DNA of 64,000 nucleotides, taken from the NCBI GenBank assembly GCA_964016885.1, contig OZ024742.1:93000001-93064000 (forward strand). The letters are read 5' to 3'. The position numbers were made by a program, and so were the translations under genes. The notes under the pieces were generated by a model. It was given only the letters and a program-made list of their open reading frames with translations. It was not told where the DNA came from and did not search any database. Of the stretch, positions 1 through 14,955 are shown in pieces. Position 1 is the first letter of the stretch. Every line of letters starts with the position of its first letter. This stretch comes from Eledone cirrhosa (taxonomy: Eukaryota).

Positions 1-3000
1 GCTGGATTACTAGATAACTAGATGGTTGTATGTCTGACTGGATAGTTGGCTGATTGACTGGCTGGCTGGATTACTAGATAACTAGATGGTTGTATGTCTG
101 ACTGGATAGTTGGCTGATTGACTGGCTGGCTGGATTACTAGATAACTAGATGGTTGTATGTCTGACTGGAGAGTTGGATGGTATGACTGGCTGGCTGGAT
201 TACTAGATAACTAGATGGTTGTATGTCTGACTGGATAGTTGGCTGGTATGACTGGCTGGCTGGATTACTAGATAACTAGATGGTTGTATCTCTGACTGGA
301 TAGTTGGCTGGTATGACTGGCTGGCTGAATTACTAGATAACTAAATGGTTGTATGTCTGACTGGATAGTTGGCTGATTGACTGGCTGGCTGGATTACTAG
401 ATAACTAGATGGTTGTATGTCTGACTGGATAGTTGGCTGGTATAACTGGCTGGATTACTAGATAACTAGATGGTTGTATGTCTGACTGGATAGTTGGATG
501 GTATGACTGGCTGGCTGGATTACTAGATAACTAGATGGTTGTATGTCTGACTGGATAGTTGGATGATTGACTGGCTGGCTGGATTACTAGATAACTAGAT
601 GGTTGTATGTCTGACTGGATAGTTGGATGATTGACTGGCTGGCTGGATTACTAGATAACTAGATGGTTGTATGTCTGACTGGATAGTTGGCTGATTGACT
701 GGCTGGCTGGATTACTAGATAACTAGATGGTTGTATGTCTGACTGGATAGTTGGATGGTATGACGGGTTTGCTGGATTACTAGATAACTAGATGGTTGTA
801 TGTCTGACTGGATAGTTGGCTGGTATGACTGGCTGGCTGGATACTAGATAACTAGATGGTTGTATGGCTGACTGGATTGTTGGCTGATTGACTGGCTGGC
901 TGGATTACTAGATAACTAGATGGTTGTATGTCTGACTGGATAGTTGGCTGATTGACTGGCTGGCTGCATTACTAGATAACTAGATGGTTGTATGTCTGAC
1001 TGGATAGTTGGCTGATTGACTGGCTGGATGGATTACTAGATAACTAGATGGTTGTATGTCTGACTGGATAGTTGGATGATTGACTGGCTGGCTATTACTA
1101 GATAACTAGATGGTTGTATATCTGACTGGATAGTTGGCTAGTATGACTGGCTGGCTGGATTACTAGATAACTAGATGGTTGTATGTCTGACTGGATAGTT
1201 GGCTGATTGACTGGCTGGCTGGATTACTAGATAACTAGATGGTTGTATGTCTGACTGGATAGTTGGCTGGTATGACTGGCTGGCTGGATTACTAGATAAC
1301 TAGATGGTTGTATGTCTGACTGGATAGTTGGCTGATTGACTGGCTGGCTGGATTACTAGATAACTAGAGGGTTGTATGTCTGACTGGAGAGTTGGATGGT
1401 ATGACTGGCTGGCTGGATTACTAGATAACTAGATGGTTGTATGTCTGACTGGATAGTTGGCTGGTATGACTGGCTGGCTGGATTACTAGATAACTAGATG
1501 GTTGTATGTCTGACTGGATAGTTGGCTGATTGACTGGCTGGCTGGATTACTAGATAACTAGATGGTTGTATCTCTGACTGGATAGTTGGCTGATTGACTG
1601 GCTGGCTGGATTACTAGATAACTAGATGGTTGTATGTCTGACTGGATAGTTGGCTGATTGACTGGCTGGCTGGATTACTAGATAACTAGATGGTTGTATG
1701 TCTGACTGGATAGTTGGCTGGTATAACTGGCTGGTTGGATTACTAGATAACTAGATGGTTGTATGTCTGACTGGATAGTTGGATGGTATGACTGGCTGGC
1801 TGGATTACTAGATAACTAGATGGTTGTATGTCTGACTGGATAGTTGGATGATTGACTGGCTGGCTGGATTACTAGATAACTAGATGGTTGTATGTCTGAC
1901 TGGATAGTTGGATGATTGACTGGCTGGCTGGATACTAGATAACTAGATGGTTGTATGTCTGACTGGATAGTTGGCTGATTGACTGGCTGGCTGGATTACT
2001 AGATGGTTGTATGTCTGACTGGATAGTTGGATGGTATGACTGGTTTGCTGGATTACTAGATAACTAGATGGTTGTATGTCTGACTGGATTGTTGCCTGAT
2101 TGACAGGCTGGCTGGATTACTAGATAACTAGATGGTTGTATGTCTGACTGGATAGTTGGCTAGGATGACTGGCTGGCTGGATTACTAGATAACTAGATGG
2201 TTGTATGTCTGACTGGATAGTTGGCTGATTGACTGGCTGGATTACTAGATAACTAGATGGTTGTATGTCTGACTGGATAGTTGGCTGGTAGGACTGGCTG
2301 GCTGGATTACTAGATAACTAGATGGTTGTATGTCTGACTGGATAGTTGGCTGGTATGACTGGCTGGCTGGATTACTAGATAACTAGATGGTTGTATGTCT
2401 GACTGGATAGTTGGCTGGTATGACTGGCTGGCTGGATTACTAGATAACTAGATGGTTGTATGTCTGACTGGATAGTTGGCTGGTATGACTGGCTGGCTGG
2501 ATTACTAGATAACTAGATGGTTGTATGTCTGACTGGATAGTTGGCTAGTATGACTGGCTGGCTGGATTACTAGATAACTAGATGGTTGTATGTCTGACTG
2601 GAGAGTTGGCTGGTATGACTGGCTGGCTGGATTACTAGATAACTAGATGGTTGTATGTCTGACTGGAGAGTTGGCTGGTATGACTGGCTGGTTGGATTAC
2701 TAGATAACTAGATGGTTGTATCTCTGACTGGATAGTTGGCTGATTGACTGGCTGGCTGGATTACTAGATAACTAGATGGTTGTATGTCTGACTGGATAGT
2801 TGGATGATTGACTGGCTGGCTGGATTACTATATAACTAGATGGTTGTATCTCTGACTGGATAGTTGGCTGATTGACTGGCTGGCTGGATTACTAGATAAC
2901 TAGATGGTTGTATCTCTGACTGGATAGTTGGCTGATTGACTGGCTGGCTGGATTACTAGATAACTAGATGGTTGTATGTCTGACTGGATAGTTAGATGAT

Positions 3001-6000
3001 TGACTGACTGGCTGGATTACTAGATAGCTAGATGGTTGTATGTCTGACTGGATAGTTGGCTGGTATAACTGGCTGGTTGGATTACTAGATAACTAGATGG
3101 TTGTATGTCTGACTGGATAGTTGGATGGTATGACTGGCTGGCTGGATTACTAGATAACTAGATGGTTGTATGTCTGACTGGATAGTTGGATGATTGACTG
3201 GCTGGCTGGATTACTAGATAACTAGATGGTTGTATGTCTGACTGGCTAGTTGGATGATTGACTGGCTGGCTGGATACTAGATAACTAGATGGTTGTATGT
3301 CTGACTGGATAGTTGGCTGATTGACTGGCTGGCCGGATTACTAGATAACTAGATGGTTGTATGTCTGACTGGATATTTGGATGGTATGACTGGTTTGCTG
3401 GATTACTAGATAACTAGATGGTTGTATGTCTGACTGGATTGTTGGCTGATTGACTGGCTGGCTGGATTACTAGATAACTAGATGGTTGTATGTCTGCCTG
3501 GATAGTTGGCTAGGATGACTGGCTGGCTGGAATACTAGATAACTAGATGGTTGTAAGTCTGACTGGATAGTTGGCTAGTATGACTGGCTGGCTGGATTAC
3601 TAGATAACTAGATGGTTGTATATCTGACTGGATAGTTGGCTAGTATGACTGGCTGGCTGGATTACTAGATAACTAGATAGTTGTATGTCTGACTGGATAC
3701 TTGGCTGATTGATGGGCTGGCTGGATTACTAGATAACTAGATGGTTGTGTCTGACTGGATAGTTGGCTGATTGACTGGCTGGCTGGATTACTAGATAACT
3801 AGATTGTTGTATGTCTGACTGGATAGTTGGCTAGTATGACTGGCTGGCTGGATTACTAGATAACTAGATGGTTGTATGTCTGACTGGATAGTTGGCTGGT
3901 ATGACTGGCTGGCTGGATTACTAGATATCTAGATGGTTGTATGTCTGACTGGATAGTTGGCTGGTATGACTGGCTGGCTGGATTACTAGATAACTAGATG
4001 GTTGTATGTCTGACTGGATTGTTGGTTGATTGACTGGCTGGTTGGATTACTAGATAACTAGATGGTTGTATGTCTGACTGGATAGTTGGCTGATATGACT
4101 GGCTGGCTGGATTACTAGATAACTAGATGGTTGTATGTCTGACTGGATAGTTGGCTGATTGATGGGCTGGCTGGATTACTAGATAACTAGATGGTTGTAT
4201 GTCTGACTGGATAGTTGGCTGATTGATGGGCTGGCTGGATTACTAGATAACTAGATGGTTGTATGTCTGACTGGATAGTTGGCTGGTATGACTGGCTGGC
4301 TGGATTACTAGATAACTAGATGGTTGTATGTCTGACTGGATAGTTGGCTGATATGACTGGCTGGCTGGATTACTAGATAACTAGATGGTTGTATGTCTGA
4401 CTGGATAGTTGGATGGTATGACTGGCTGGCTGGATTACTAGATAACTAGATGGTTGTATGTCTGACCGGAGAGTTGGCTGGTATGACTGGCTGGCTGGAT
4501 TACTAGATAACTAGATGGTTGTATGTCTGACTGGATAGTTGGCTAGTATGACTGGCTGGCTGGATTACTAGATAACTAGATGGTTGTATGTCTGACTGGA
4601 TAGTTGGATGGTATGACTGGCTGGCTGGATTACTAGATAACTAGATGGTTGTATGTCTGACTGGAGAGTTGGATGGTATGACTGGCAGGCTGGATTACTA
4701 GATAACTAGATGGTTGTATGTCTGACTGGATAGTTGGCTGATTGACTGGCTGGCTGGATTACTAGATAACTAGATGGTTGTATGTCTGACTGGATAGTTG
4801 GATGATTGACTGGCTGGCTGGATTACTAGATAACTAGATGGTTGTATCTCTGACTGGATAGTTGGCTGGTATGACTGGCTGGCTGGATTACTAGATAACT
4901 AAATGGTTGTATGTCTGACTGGATAGTTGGCTGATTGACTGGCTGGCTGGATTACTAGATAACTAGATGGTTGTATGTCTGACTGGATAGTTGGCTGGTA
5001 TGACTGGCTGGCTGGATACTAGATAACTAGATGGTTGTATGTCTGACTGGATTGTTGGCCGATTGACTGGCTGGCTGGATTACTAGATAACTAGATGGTT
5101 GTATGTCTGACTGGATAGTTGGCTATGATGACTGGCTGGCTGGAATACTAGATAACTAGATGGTTGTATGTCTGACTGGATAGTTGGCTGATTGACTGGC
5201 TGGCTGGATTACTAGATAACTAGATGGTTGTATATCTGACTGGATAGTTGGCTGATTGACTGGCTGGCTGGATTACTAGATAACTAGATGGTTGTATGTC
5301 TGACTGGAGAGTTGGATGGTATGACTGGCTGGTTGGATTACTAGATAACTAGATGGTTGTATGTCTGACTGGATATTTGGCTAGTATGACTGGTTGGCTG
5401 GATTACTAGATAACTAGATGGTTGTATGTCTGACTGGATAGTTGGCTGGTATGACTGGCTGGCTGGATTACTAGATAACTAGATGGTTGTATGTCTGACT
5501 GGATAGTTGGCTGATTGATGGGCTGGCTGGATTACTAGATAACTAGATGGTTGTATGTCTGACTGGATAGTTGGCTGGTATGACTGACTGGCTGGATTAC
5601 TAGATAACTAGATGGTTGTATGTCTGACTGGAGAGTTGGCTGATATGACTGGCTGGCTGGATTACTAGATAACTAGATGGTTGTATATCTGACTGGATAG
5701 TTGGCTAGTATGACTGGCTGGCTGGATTACTAGATAACTAGATGGTTGTATGTCTGACTGGATAGTTGGCTGATTGATGGGCTGGCTGGATTACTAGATA
5801 ACTAGATGGTTGTATGTCTGACTGGATAATTGGCTGATGGACTGGCTGGCTGGATTACTAGATAACTAGATGGTTGTATGTCTGACTGGATAGTTGGCTG
5901 ATTGACTGGCTGGATGGATTACTAGATAACTAGATGGTTGTATGTCTGACTGGATAGTTGGATGATTGACTGGCTGGCTGGATTACTAGATAACTAGATG

Positions 6001-9000
6001 GTTGTATATCTGACTGGATAGTTGGCTAGTATGACTGGCTGGCTGGATTACTAGATAACTAGATGGTTGTATGTCTGACTGGATAGTTGGCTGATTGACT
6101 GGCTGGCTGGATTACTAGATAACTAGATGGTTGTATGTCTGACTGGATAGTTGGCTGGTATGACTGGCTGGCTGGATTACTAGATAACTAGATGGTTGTA
6201 TGTCTGACTGGATAGTTGGCTGATTGACTGGCTGGCTGGATTACTAGATAACTAGATGGTTGTATGTCTGACTGGAGAGTTGGATGGTATGACTGGCTGG
6301 CTGGATTACTAGATAACTAGATGGTTGTATGTCTGACTGGATAGTTGGCTGGTATGACTGGCTGGCTGGATTACTAGATAACTAGATGGTTGTATGTCTG
6401 ACTGGATAGTTGGCTGATTGACTGGCTGGCTGGATTACTAGATAACTAGATGGTTGTATGTCTGACTGGATAGTTGGCTGATTGACTGGCTGGCTGGATT
6501 ACTAGATAACTAGATGGTTGTATGTCTGACTGGAGAGTTGGATGGTATGACTGGCTGGCTGGATTACTAGATAACTAGATGGTTGTATGTCTGACTGGAT
6601 AGTTGGCTGGTATGACTGGCTGGCTGGATTACTAGATAACTAGATGGTTGTATGTCTGACTGGATAGTTGCCTGATTGACTGGCTGGCTGGATTACTAGA
6701 TAACTAGATGGTTGTATCTCTGACTGGATAGTTGGCTGATTGACTGGCTGGCTGGATTACTAGATAACTAGATGGTTGTATGTCTGACTGGATAGTTGGC
6801 TGATTGACTGGCTGGCTGGATTACTAGATAACTAGATGGTTGTATGTCTGACTGGATAGTTGGCTGGTATAACTGGCTGGTTGGATTACTAGATAACTAG
6901 ATGGTTGTATGTCTGACTGGATAGTTGGATGGTATGACTGGCTGGCTGGATTACTAGATAACTAGATGGTTGTATGTCTGACTGGATAGTTGGATGATTG
7001 ACTGGCTGGCTGGATTACTAGATAACTAGATGGTTGTATGTCTGACTGGATAGTTGGATGATTGACTGGCTGGCTGGATACTAGATAACTAGATGGTTGT
7101 ATGTCTGACTGGATAGTTGGCTGATTGACTGGCTGGCTGGATTACTAGATAACTAGATGGTTGTATGTCTGACTGGATAGTTGGATGGTATGACTGGTTT
7201 GCTGGATTACTTGATAACTAGATGGTTGTATGTCTGACTGGATTGTTGGCTGATTGACTGGCTGGCTGGATTACTAGATAACTAGATGGTTGTATGTCTG
7301 ACTGGATAGTTGGCTAGGATGACTGGCTGGCTGGATTACTAGATAACTAGATGGTTGTATGTCTGACTGGAGAGTTGGCTGGTAGAACTGGCTGGCTGGA
7401 TTACTAGATAACTAGATGGTTGTATGTCTGATTGGAGAGTTGGCTGGTATGACTGGCTGGTTGGATTACTAGATAACTAGATGGTTGTATCTCTGACTGG
7501 ATAGTTGGCTGATTGACTGGCTGGCTGGATTACTAGATAACTCGATGGTTGTATGTCTGACTGGATAGTTGGCTGGTATAACTGGCTGGTTGGATTACTA
7601 GATAACTAGATGGTTGTATGTCTGACTGGATAGTTGGCTGATTGACTGGCTGGCTGGATTACTAGATAACTAGATGGTTGTATGTCTGACTGGATAGTTG
7701 GCTGATTGACTGGCTGGCTGGATTACTAGATAACTAGATGCTTGTATGTCTGACTGGATAGTTGGATGATTGACTGGCTGTCTGGATTACTAGATAACTA
7801 GATGGTTGTATGTCTGACTGGATAGTTGGCTGGTATGACTGGCTGGCTGGATTACTAGATAACTAGATGGTTGTATGTCTGACTGGATAGTTGGCTGATA
7901 TGACTGGCTGGCTGGATTACTAGATAACTAGATGGTTGTATGTCTGACTGGATAGTTGGCTGATTGATGGGCTGGCTGGATTACTAGATAACTAGATGGT
8001 TGTATGTCTGACTGGATAATTGGCTGATGGACTGGCTGGCTGGATTACTAGATAACTAGATGGTTGTATGTCTGACTGGATAGTTGGCTGATTGACTGGC
8101 TGGATGGATTACTAGATAACTAGATGGTTGTATGTCTGACTGGATAGTTGGATGATTGACTGGCTGGCTGGATTACTAGATAACTAGATGGTTGTATATC
8201 TGACTGGATAGTTGGCTAGTATGACTGGCTGGCTGGATTACTAGATAACTAGATGGTTGTATGTCTGACTGGATAGTTGGCTGATTGACTGGCTGGCTGG
8301 ATTACTAGATAACTAGATGGTTGTATGTCTGACTGGATAGTTGGCTGGTATGACTGGCTGGCTGGATTACTAGATAACTAGATGGTTGTATGTCTGACTG
8401 GATAGTTGGCTGATTGACTGGCTGGCTGGATTACTAGATAACTAGATGGTTGTATGTCTGACTGGAGAGTTGGATGGTATGACTGGCTGGCTGGATTACT
8501 AGATAACTAGATGGTTGTATGTCTGACTGGATAGTTGGCTGGTATGACTGGCTGGCTGGATTACTAGATAACTAGATGGTTGTATGTCTGACTGGATAGT
8601 TGGCTGATTGACTGGCTGGCTGGATTACTAGATAACTAGATGGTTGTATGTCTGACTGGATAGTTGGCTGATTGACTGGCTGGCTGGATTACTAGATAAC
8701 TAGATGGTTGTATGTCTGACTGGAGAGTTGGATGGTATGACTGGCTGGCTGGATTACTAGATAACTAGATGGTTGTATGTCTGACTGGATAGTTGGCTGG
8801 TATGACTGGCTGGCTGGATTACTAGATAACTAGATGGTTGTATGTCTGACTGGATAGTTGCCTGATTGACTGGCTGGCTGGATTACTAGATAACTAGATG
8901 GTTGTATCTCTGACTGGATAGTTGGCTGATTGACTGGCTGGCTGGATTACTAGATAACTAGATGGTTGTATGTCTGACTGGATAGTTGGCTGATTGACTG

Positions 9001-11725
9001 GCTGGCTGGATTACTAGATAACTAGATGGTTGTATGTCTGACTGGATAGTTGGCTGGTATAACTGGCTGGTTGGATTACTAGATAACTAGATGGTTGTAT
9101 GTCTGACTGGATAGTTGGATGGTATGACTGGCTGGCTGGATTACTAGATAACTAGATGGTTGTATGTCTGACTGGATAGTTGGATGATTGACTGGCTGGC
9201 TGGATTACTAGATAACTAGATGGTTGTATGTCTGACTGGATAGTTGGATGATTGACTGGCTGGCTGGATACTAGATAACTAGATGGTTGTATGTCTGACT
9301 GGATAGTTGGCTGATTGACTGGCTGGCTGGATTACTAGATAACTAGATGGTTGTATGTCTGACTGGATAGTTGGATGGTATGACTGGTTTGCTGGATTAC
9401 TTGATAACTAGATGGTTGTATGTCTGACTGGATTGTTGGCTGATTGACTGGCTGGCTGGATTACTAGATAACTAGATGGTTGTATGTCTGACTGGATAGT
9501 TGGCTAGGATGACTGGCTGGCTGGATTACTAGATAACTAGATGGTTGTATGTCTGACTGGAGAGTTGGCTGGTAGAACTGGCTGGCTGGATTACTAGATA
9601 ACTAGATGGTTGTATGTCTGACTGGAGAGTTGGCTGGTATGACTGGCTGGTTGGATTACTAGATAACTAGATGGTTGTATCTCTGACTGGATAGTTGGCT
9701 GATTGACTGGCTGGCTGGATTACTAGATAACTCGATGGTTGTATGTCTGACTGGATAGTTGGCTGGTATAACTGGCTGGTTGGATTACTAGATAACTAGA
9801 TGGTTTCTATGTCTGACTGGATAGTTGGCTGATTGACTGGCTGGCTGGATTACTAGATAACTAGATGGTTGTATGTCTGACTGGATAGTTGGCTGATTGA
9901 CTGGCTGGCTGGATTACTAGATAACTAGATGCTTGTATGTCTGACTGGATAGTTGGATGATTGACTGGCTGTCTGGATTACTAGATAACTAGATGGTTGT
10001 ATGTCTGACTGGATAGTTGGCTGGTATGACTGGCTGGCTGGATTACTAGATAACTAGATGGTTGTATGTCTGACTGGGTAGTTGGCTGATATGACTGGCT
10101 GGCTGGATTACTAGATAACTAGATGGTTGTATGTCTGACTGGATAGTTGGCTGATTGATGGGCTGGCTGGATTACTAGATAACTAGATGGTTGTATGTCT
10201 GACTGGATAGTTGGCTGGTATGACTGGCTGGCTGGATTACTAGATAACTAGATGGTTGTATGTCTGACTGGATAGTTGGCTGATATGACTGGCTGGCTGG
10301 ATTACTAGATAACTAGATGGTTGTATGTCTGACTGGATAGTTGGATGGTATGACTGGCTGGCTGGATTACTAGATAACTAGATGGTTGTATGTCTGACCG
10401 GAGAGTTGGCTGGTATGACTGGCTGGCTGGATTACTAGATAACTAGATGGTTGTATGTCTGACTGGATAGTTGGCTAGTATGACTGGCTGGCTGGATTAC
10501 TAGATAACTAGATGGTTGTATGTCTGACTGGATAGTTGGATGGTATGACTGGCTGGCTGGATTATTAGATAACTAGATGGTTGTATGTCTGACTGGAGAG
10601 TTGGATGGTATGACTGGCTGGCTGGATTACTAGATAACTAGATGGTTGTATGTCTGACTGGATAGTTGGCTGATTGACAGGCTGGCTGGATTACTAGATA
10701 ACTAGATGGTTGTATGTCTGACTGGATAGTTGGCTGTTATGACTGGCTGGCTGGATTACTAGATAACGAGATGGTTGTATGTCTGACTGGATAGTTGGCT
10801 GATTGACTGGCTGGCTGGATTACTAGATAACTAGATGGTTGTATGTCTGACTGGATAGTTGGCTGTTATGACTGGCTGTCTGGATTACTAGATAACTAGA
10901 TGGTTGTATGTCTGACTGGATAGTTGTCTGGTATGACTGGCTGTCTGGATTACTAGATAACTAGATGGTTGTATGTCTGACTGGATAGTTGGCTGGTATG
11001 ACTGGCTGGCTGGATTACTAGATAACTAGATGGTTGTATGTCTGACTGTATATTTGGATGATTGACTGGCTGGCTGGATTACTAGATAACTAGATGGTTG
11101 TATGTCTGACTGGATAGTTGGCTGATTGACTGGCTGGCTGGATTACTAGATAACTAGATGGTTGTATGTCTGACTGGATAGTTGGCTGATTGACTGGCTG
11201 GCTGGATTACTAGATAACTAGATGGTTGTATGTCTGACTGGATAGTTGGATGGTATGACTGGCTGGCTGGATTACTAGATAACTAGATGGTTGTATGTCT
11301 GACTGGATAGTTGGCTGGTATGACTGGCTGGCTGGATTACTAGATAACTAGATGGTTGTATGTCTGACTGGATAGTTGGCTGGTATGACTGGCTGGCTGG
11401 ATTACTAGATAACTAGATGGTTGTATGTCTGACTGGATAGTTGGCTGATTGACTGGCTGGCTGGATTACTAGATAACTAGATGGTTGTATGTCTGACTGG
11501 ATAGTTGGCTGATTGACTGACTGGCTGGATTACTAGATAACTAGATGGTTGTATGTCTGACTGGATAGTTGGCTGATTGACTGGCTGGCTGGATTACTAG
11601 ATAACTAGATGGTTGTATGTCTGACTGGATAGTTGGCTAGTAGGACTGGCTGGCTGGATTACTAGATAACTAGATGGTTGTATGTTTGACTGGATAGTTG
11701 GCTGATTGACTAGCTGGCTGGCTGT
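1..11725. repeat. Tandem satellite, 64/65-bp monomer (GGATTACTAGATAACTAGATGGTTGTATGTCTGACTGGATAGTTGGCT[GATT/GGTAT]GACTGGCTGGCT), about 180 copies, running off the left edge
   Basis: GGATTAC recurs at 4, 68, 132 and onward. Monomers are highly homogeneous, no ORFs are called, and the array decays into GGCT/GGAT tetramers at ~11700-11810. Confidence 0.98.
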
Positions 11726-12029
11726 CTTGGTAGTTGGATGGCAGACTGGCTGGCTGATTAGATGGGAGGGATGGCTAGGTGAATAGCTGGATAGATGAAT
11801 GTATAGATGGCTGCTCCATAGAAAACAAACTAGAAAGTTTGCTTCAAATTTATTTTAGTCCTCCTCCTGCTGCTGCTGCCTGTTTTTCTATGCTTGGATG
11901 GAAATCACAGATGTAATTTCAGGCGATTAAACCTTTTTTTTGCTCACTAGTAAGCTGTTTGTCCATCAGTAGTTCAAGATCTGACTGTGGTGACTTGATT
12001 GGTTTAATTTTCCATGTCTGTAGATGGCT

Positions 12030-12445
12030 GTGTGGTTCAAAAGCATGGCCAAATGGTTTAGAAGTTTGCTTTGTAACCTTTAGGTGTTGGGTTTGATCCC
12101 ACTGCTTAGAATCTTGGATAAGTGTCATTTACCATGTTGACCCAAGCCTTTTGTAATTCAAAGGGCCAGCCTTGTCACACACAAGTTCAGCAGATAAGAC
12201 TGTGGATTACTTAGCTTCTTACGTTACAAAGCAAGATGGACTGTACATGTAATTCAGAGGCTCAGTCATGTCATAGACTGTATAATACTAAACCTCCGTA
12301 AGAATTACATTAAAAATACAGCCATTACATTAGAAATACAGCCATTTCATTAAAAATACAGCCATTTATATAGTAATTTCATGAACAGGCTGTCACATTG
12401 ATTGAACAACTGTAACACTCATCACCGAATCCAACAAAGATCCAT
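12030..12445 (+). mobile_element. Old, diverged tRNA-derived CORE-type SINE
   Basis: A/B-box-like head (CATGGCCAAATGGTTTAG...GGGTTTGATCCC). The 3' part (AAGGGCCAGCCTTGTCACAC, TAATTTCATGAACAGGCTG) matches the SINE at 22555-22885. Confidence 0.6.
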
Positions 12446-12622
12446 TCCAGGTAGCTGCTGAGTCAGATTCTGACTTAGAAGTGACCATACTTTATGCACA
12501 TGGGTTTGAAGTGCCAGCTGAGACAGCTTTACATCTGTTTTCTGCTGTCTGGCTATGTCTCTCTTGGGATGATTTTGTGGCTTTATAGCTTACCACACTA
12601 AGTATGTTAGTCTACAATTAAC

Positions 12623-12838
12623 TACTATATATACTTGAATATAAGCTGAGGAATATGTGACAAAAATTTGATAGTAAAAATGAGGGGTGGGGGGTCCTGG
12701 CTTATATACGCCATCTAAACAATGTGTTGATTAGCTGCCTTGGCTTGTAAATGGGGTTTGGATTTTTGCTCATTTCTCAGGCATAGAATCAGGGATCAGC
12801 TTATATTTTGATCGGCTTATATTATAATATATATGGTA
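12623..12838. mobile_element. MITE, Tc1/mariner-pogo-like, TA-flanked
   Basis: Termini TACTATATATACTTGAATATAAGC...GCTTATATTATAATATATATGGTA. A second copy lies at 26926-27169. Confidence 0.7.
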
Positions 12839-14542
12839 TGGAATATATTCACAAATTTGCTACACAGTAAACCTACCATTAGAATGTCAACCTTTGTAAT
12901 ATTTATTTATTTGTTTTCTTTTAAATATATATATATCATCATTATCATTGCTACCATCATTTCTCATCCATTTTCCATGCTGGCATAGACTAGATGGGTC
13001 CTTACAGATCAAATCAGTACTTTATTGGAGCTACTGTACTCCTAGATGGGTTAGGCAAATACATGTTGCTCAAGTATATGCCATTTTGCCATAATTTCTT
13101 TGACTGGATTCTCTTCCTAATGCTAACCACTTTGCAGAGTGTACTGGTTCCATTTTATATTGGTATCAACACAAGAGAGATTATTTCATCCTTAGCATGA
13201 CTGAAGAGACTTCTATATTCCATTTTGGTGTAATTTCTATGGCTGAAGGCGCTTCCTAATGCCAACCATTGGAAGCTGGTAATGCTGGTGACAAGGACAA
13301 GAGCACCAAGTCCTGATGGTTGGCATTAGAAAGGGCATGCAGCTGTAGAAAAGCAAGCCAAAAATGGATCTCATGAGCAAGATGTGGTCACTTGACCTGT
13401 CTAGCTGCATAACATGACAACTTGTCTAACCAATGCAAGCATGGAAAATAGATCTTAAATGACAATGATGATGATGATATCATCATCATCATTATTTAAC
13501 ATCTGTTTTCCCTACTAGCAAGGGCTAGATGGATTGTAACAGACCAAGTCCATATTCACACCTGAGTCCTGACCTCTCAGAGCAGTCGGGGACTGCATCT
13601 TGCTTACATATGCTTCTGTATACTACAGAGTGCACTGGGTACATTTTATCATGGGACCAAAACTATGAAGGTTGTCACAATGGTAGAGACCTTCCAACAA
13701 TTTGACAAGTTACCTATGACTGGATGCCTTTCAACCAGTTTACAGAATGTATCTAGTGCATTTTATCATATATATATGTATGGTTAGTCTTCCACCTGTT
13801 TGTATTTGTTATTGTTGTGGCTACATACTATAGCCCCATACTCCTAGTCAATTTATTCATGGTGTTACACTGATATAACTTTATGTATCGCAGATGATAA
13901 TACTGGGTGAGAAATTTATTAACTTTTCTGGCCATTGAGTACTTTGTAACAGTCCCAGACACAATTTGACTGGTATCTGCCCTATTGAAGTTACAACTTC
14001 AATTTATACCTAATATATATATATATATATAGAAGTGGTAACACAACAGTTAGTTCACCATACCGAGAACAAGTGTTTCACCTTAGTGGATCCTCAGTGC
14101 GTAATCCATATACATAAATATGTGTGTGTGTGCAGAAAGTTCAGTAAATCCGAATAAAACTGGTGAGAGAACCAATGTCAGCACTTGATGCAGAGCAGAG
14201 TGTATATAATAGGTGGAAGTGTTACATAGGAGATTTTTGTTTTTGTTTATAATGGTTTTTTTTTCTTGTAATGCTTGGGATAAGTGCATCTGTTGAATTC
14301 TAGACCGGTGTTTGGTCAATCTATAGGCTTGTTTGTGCCTGGCTGGTTCGTCCACAGATTTGATGTGATTTTTGTTGTGTTAACACTTGTCTGAGAATCA
14401 GGGAGACTTGGAGTCTGGTCTGGGGTGCCAACCCAAATCATGAGCTAGCTGCTTGAGAAACATTTATAACCAGGATTGTTACATAGGAGATGTTACATCT
14501 CCTATGTAACATCTCCATTTTGTTCTTCCTATCATATATATA

Positions 14543-14874
14543 TTCATTCATTCATTTCATTTTACGTCCACTTCTCCCTGCTTGCAAGGGTGGGATGGGA
14601 ACTGATTCTGGCTTGATTTCTACAGCTGGATGCCCTTCCTAACACCAACCTCATTTACAGTGAGTGCTGGGTGCTTTTTTTGCATGGCACCTTCACGACC
14701 ACTTTGCAGTGGAATGATATGGACTCCAGTCCCTATCATCTCATTTCTACAGCTGAGTAAACTGGAGCAATGTGAAATAAAGTGTCTTGCTCAAGGAAAC
14801 AACACATCACCCGGTCTGAGAATTGAACTCATAACCTTTCGATTGCAAGGCCAATGCTCTAACCACTAAGCCAT
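14543..14874 (-). mobile_element. tRNA-derived CORE-type SINE with RTE-derived 3' tail
   Basis: Near-identical to the copies at 21457-21800, 24987-25335 and 34972-35301. Confidence 0.9.
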
Positions 14875-14922
14875 ATATATATATATGTATGTGTGTGTGT
14901 GTGTATATACATATATATATGT

Positions 14923-14955
<33 letters not shown>

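Noticed and set aside
1-11725. CRISPR-like array (constant part plus variable part)
   Set aside because: The variable part is only a few point variants, not unique spacers; there are no cas genes and the context is eukaryotic.
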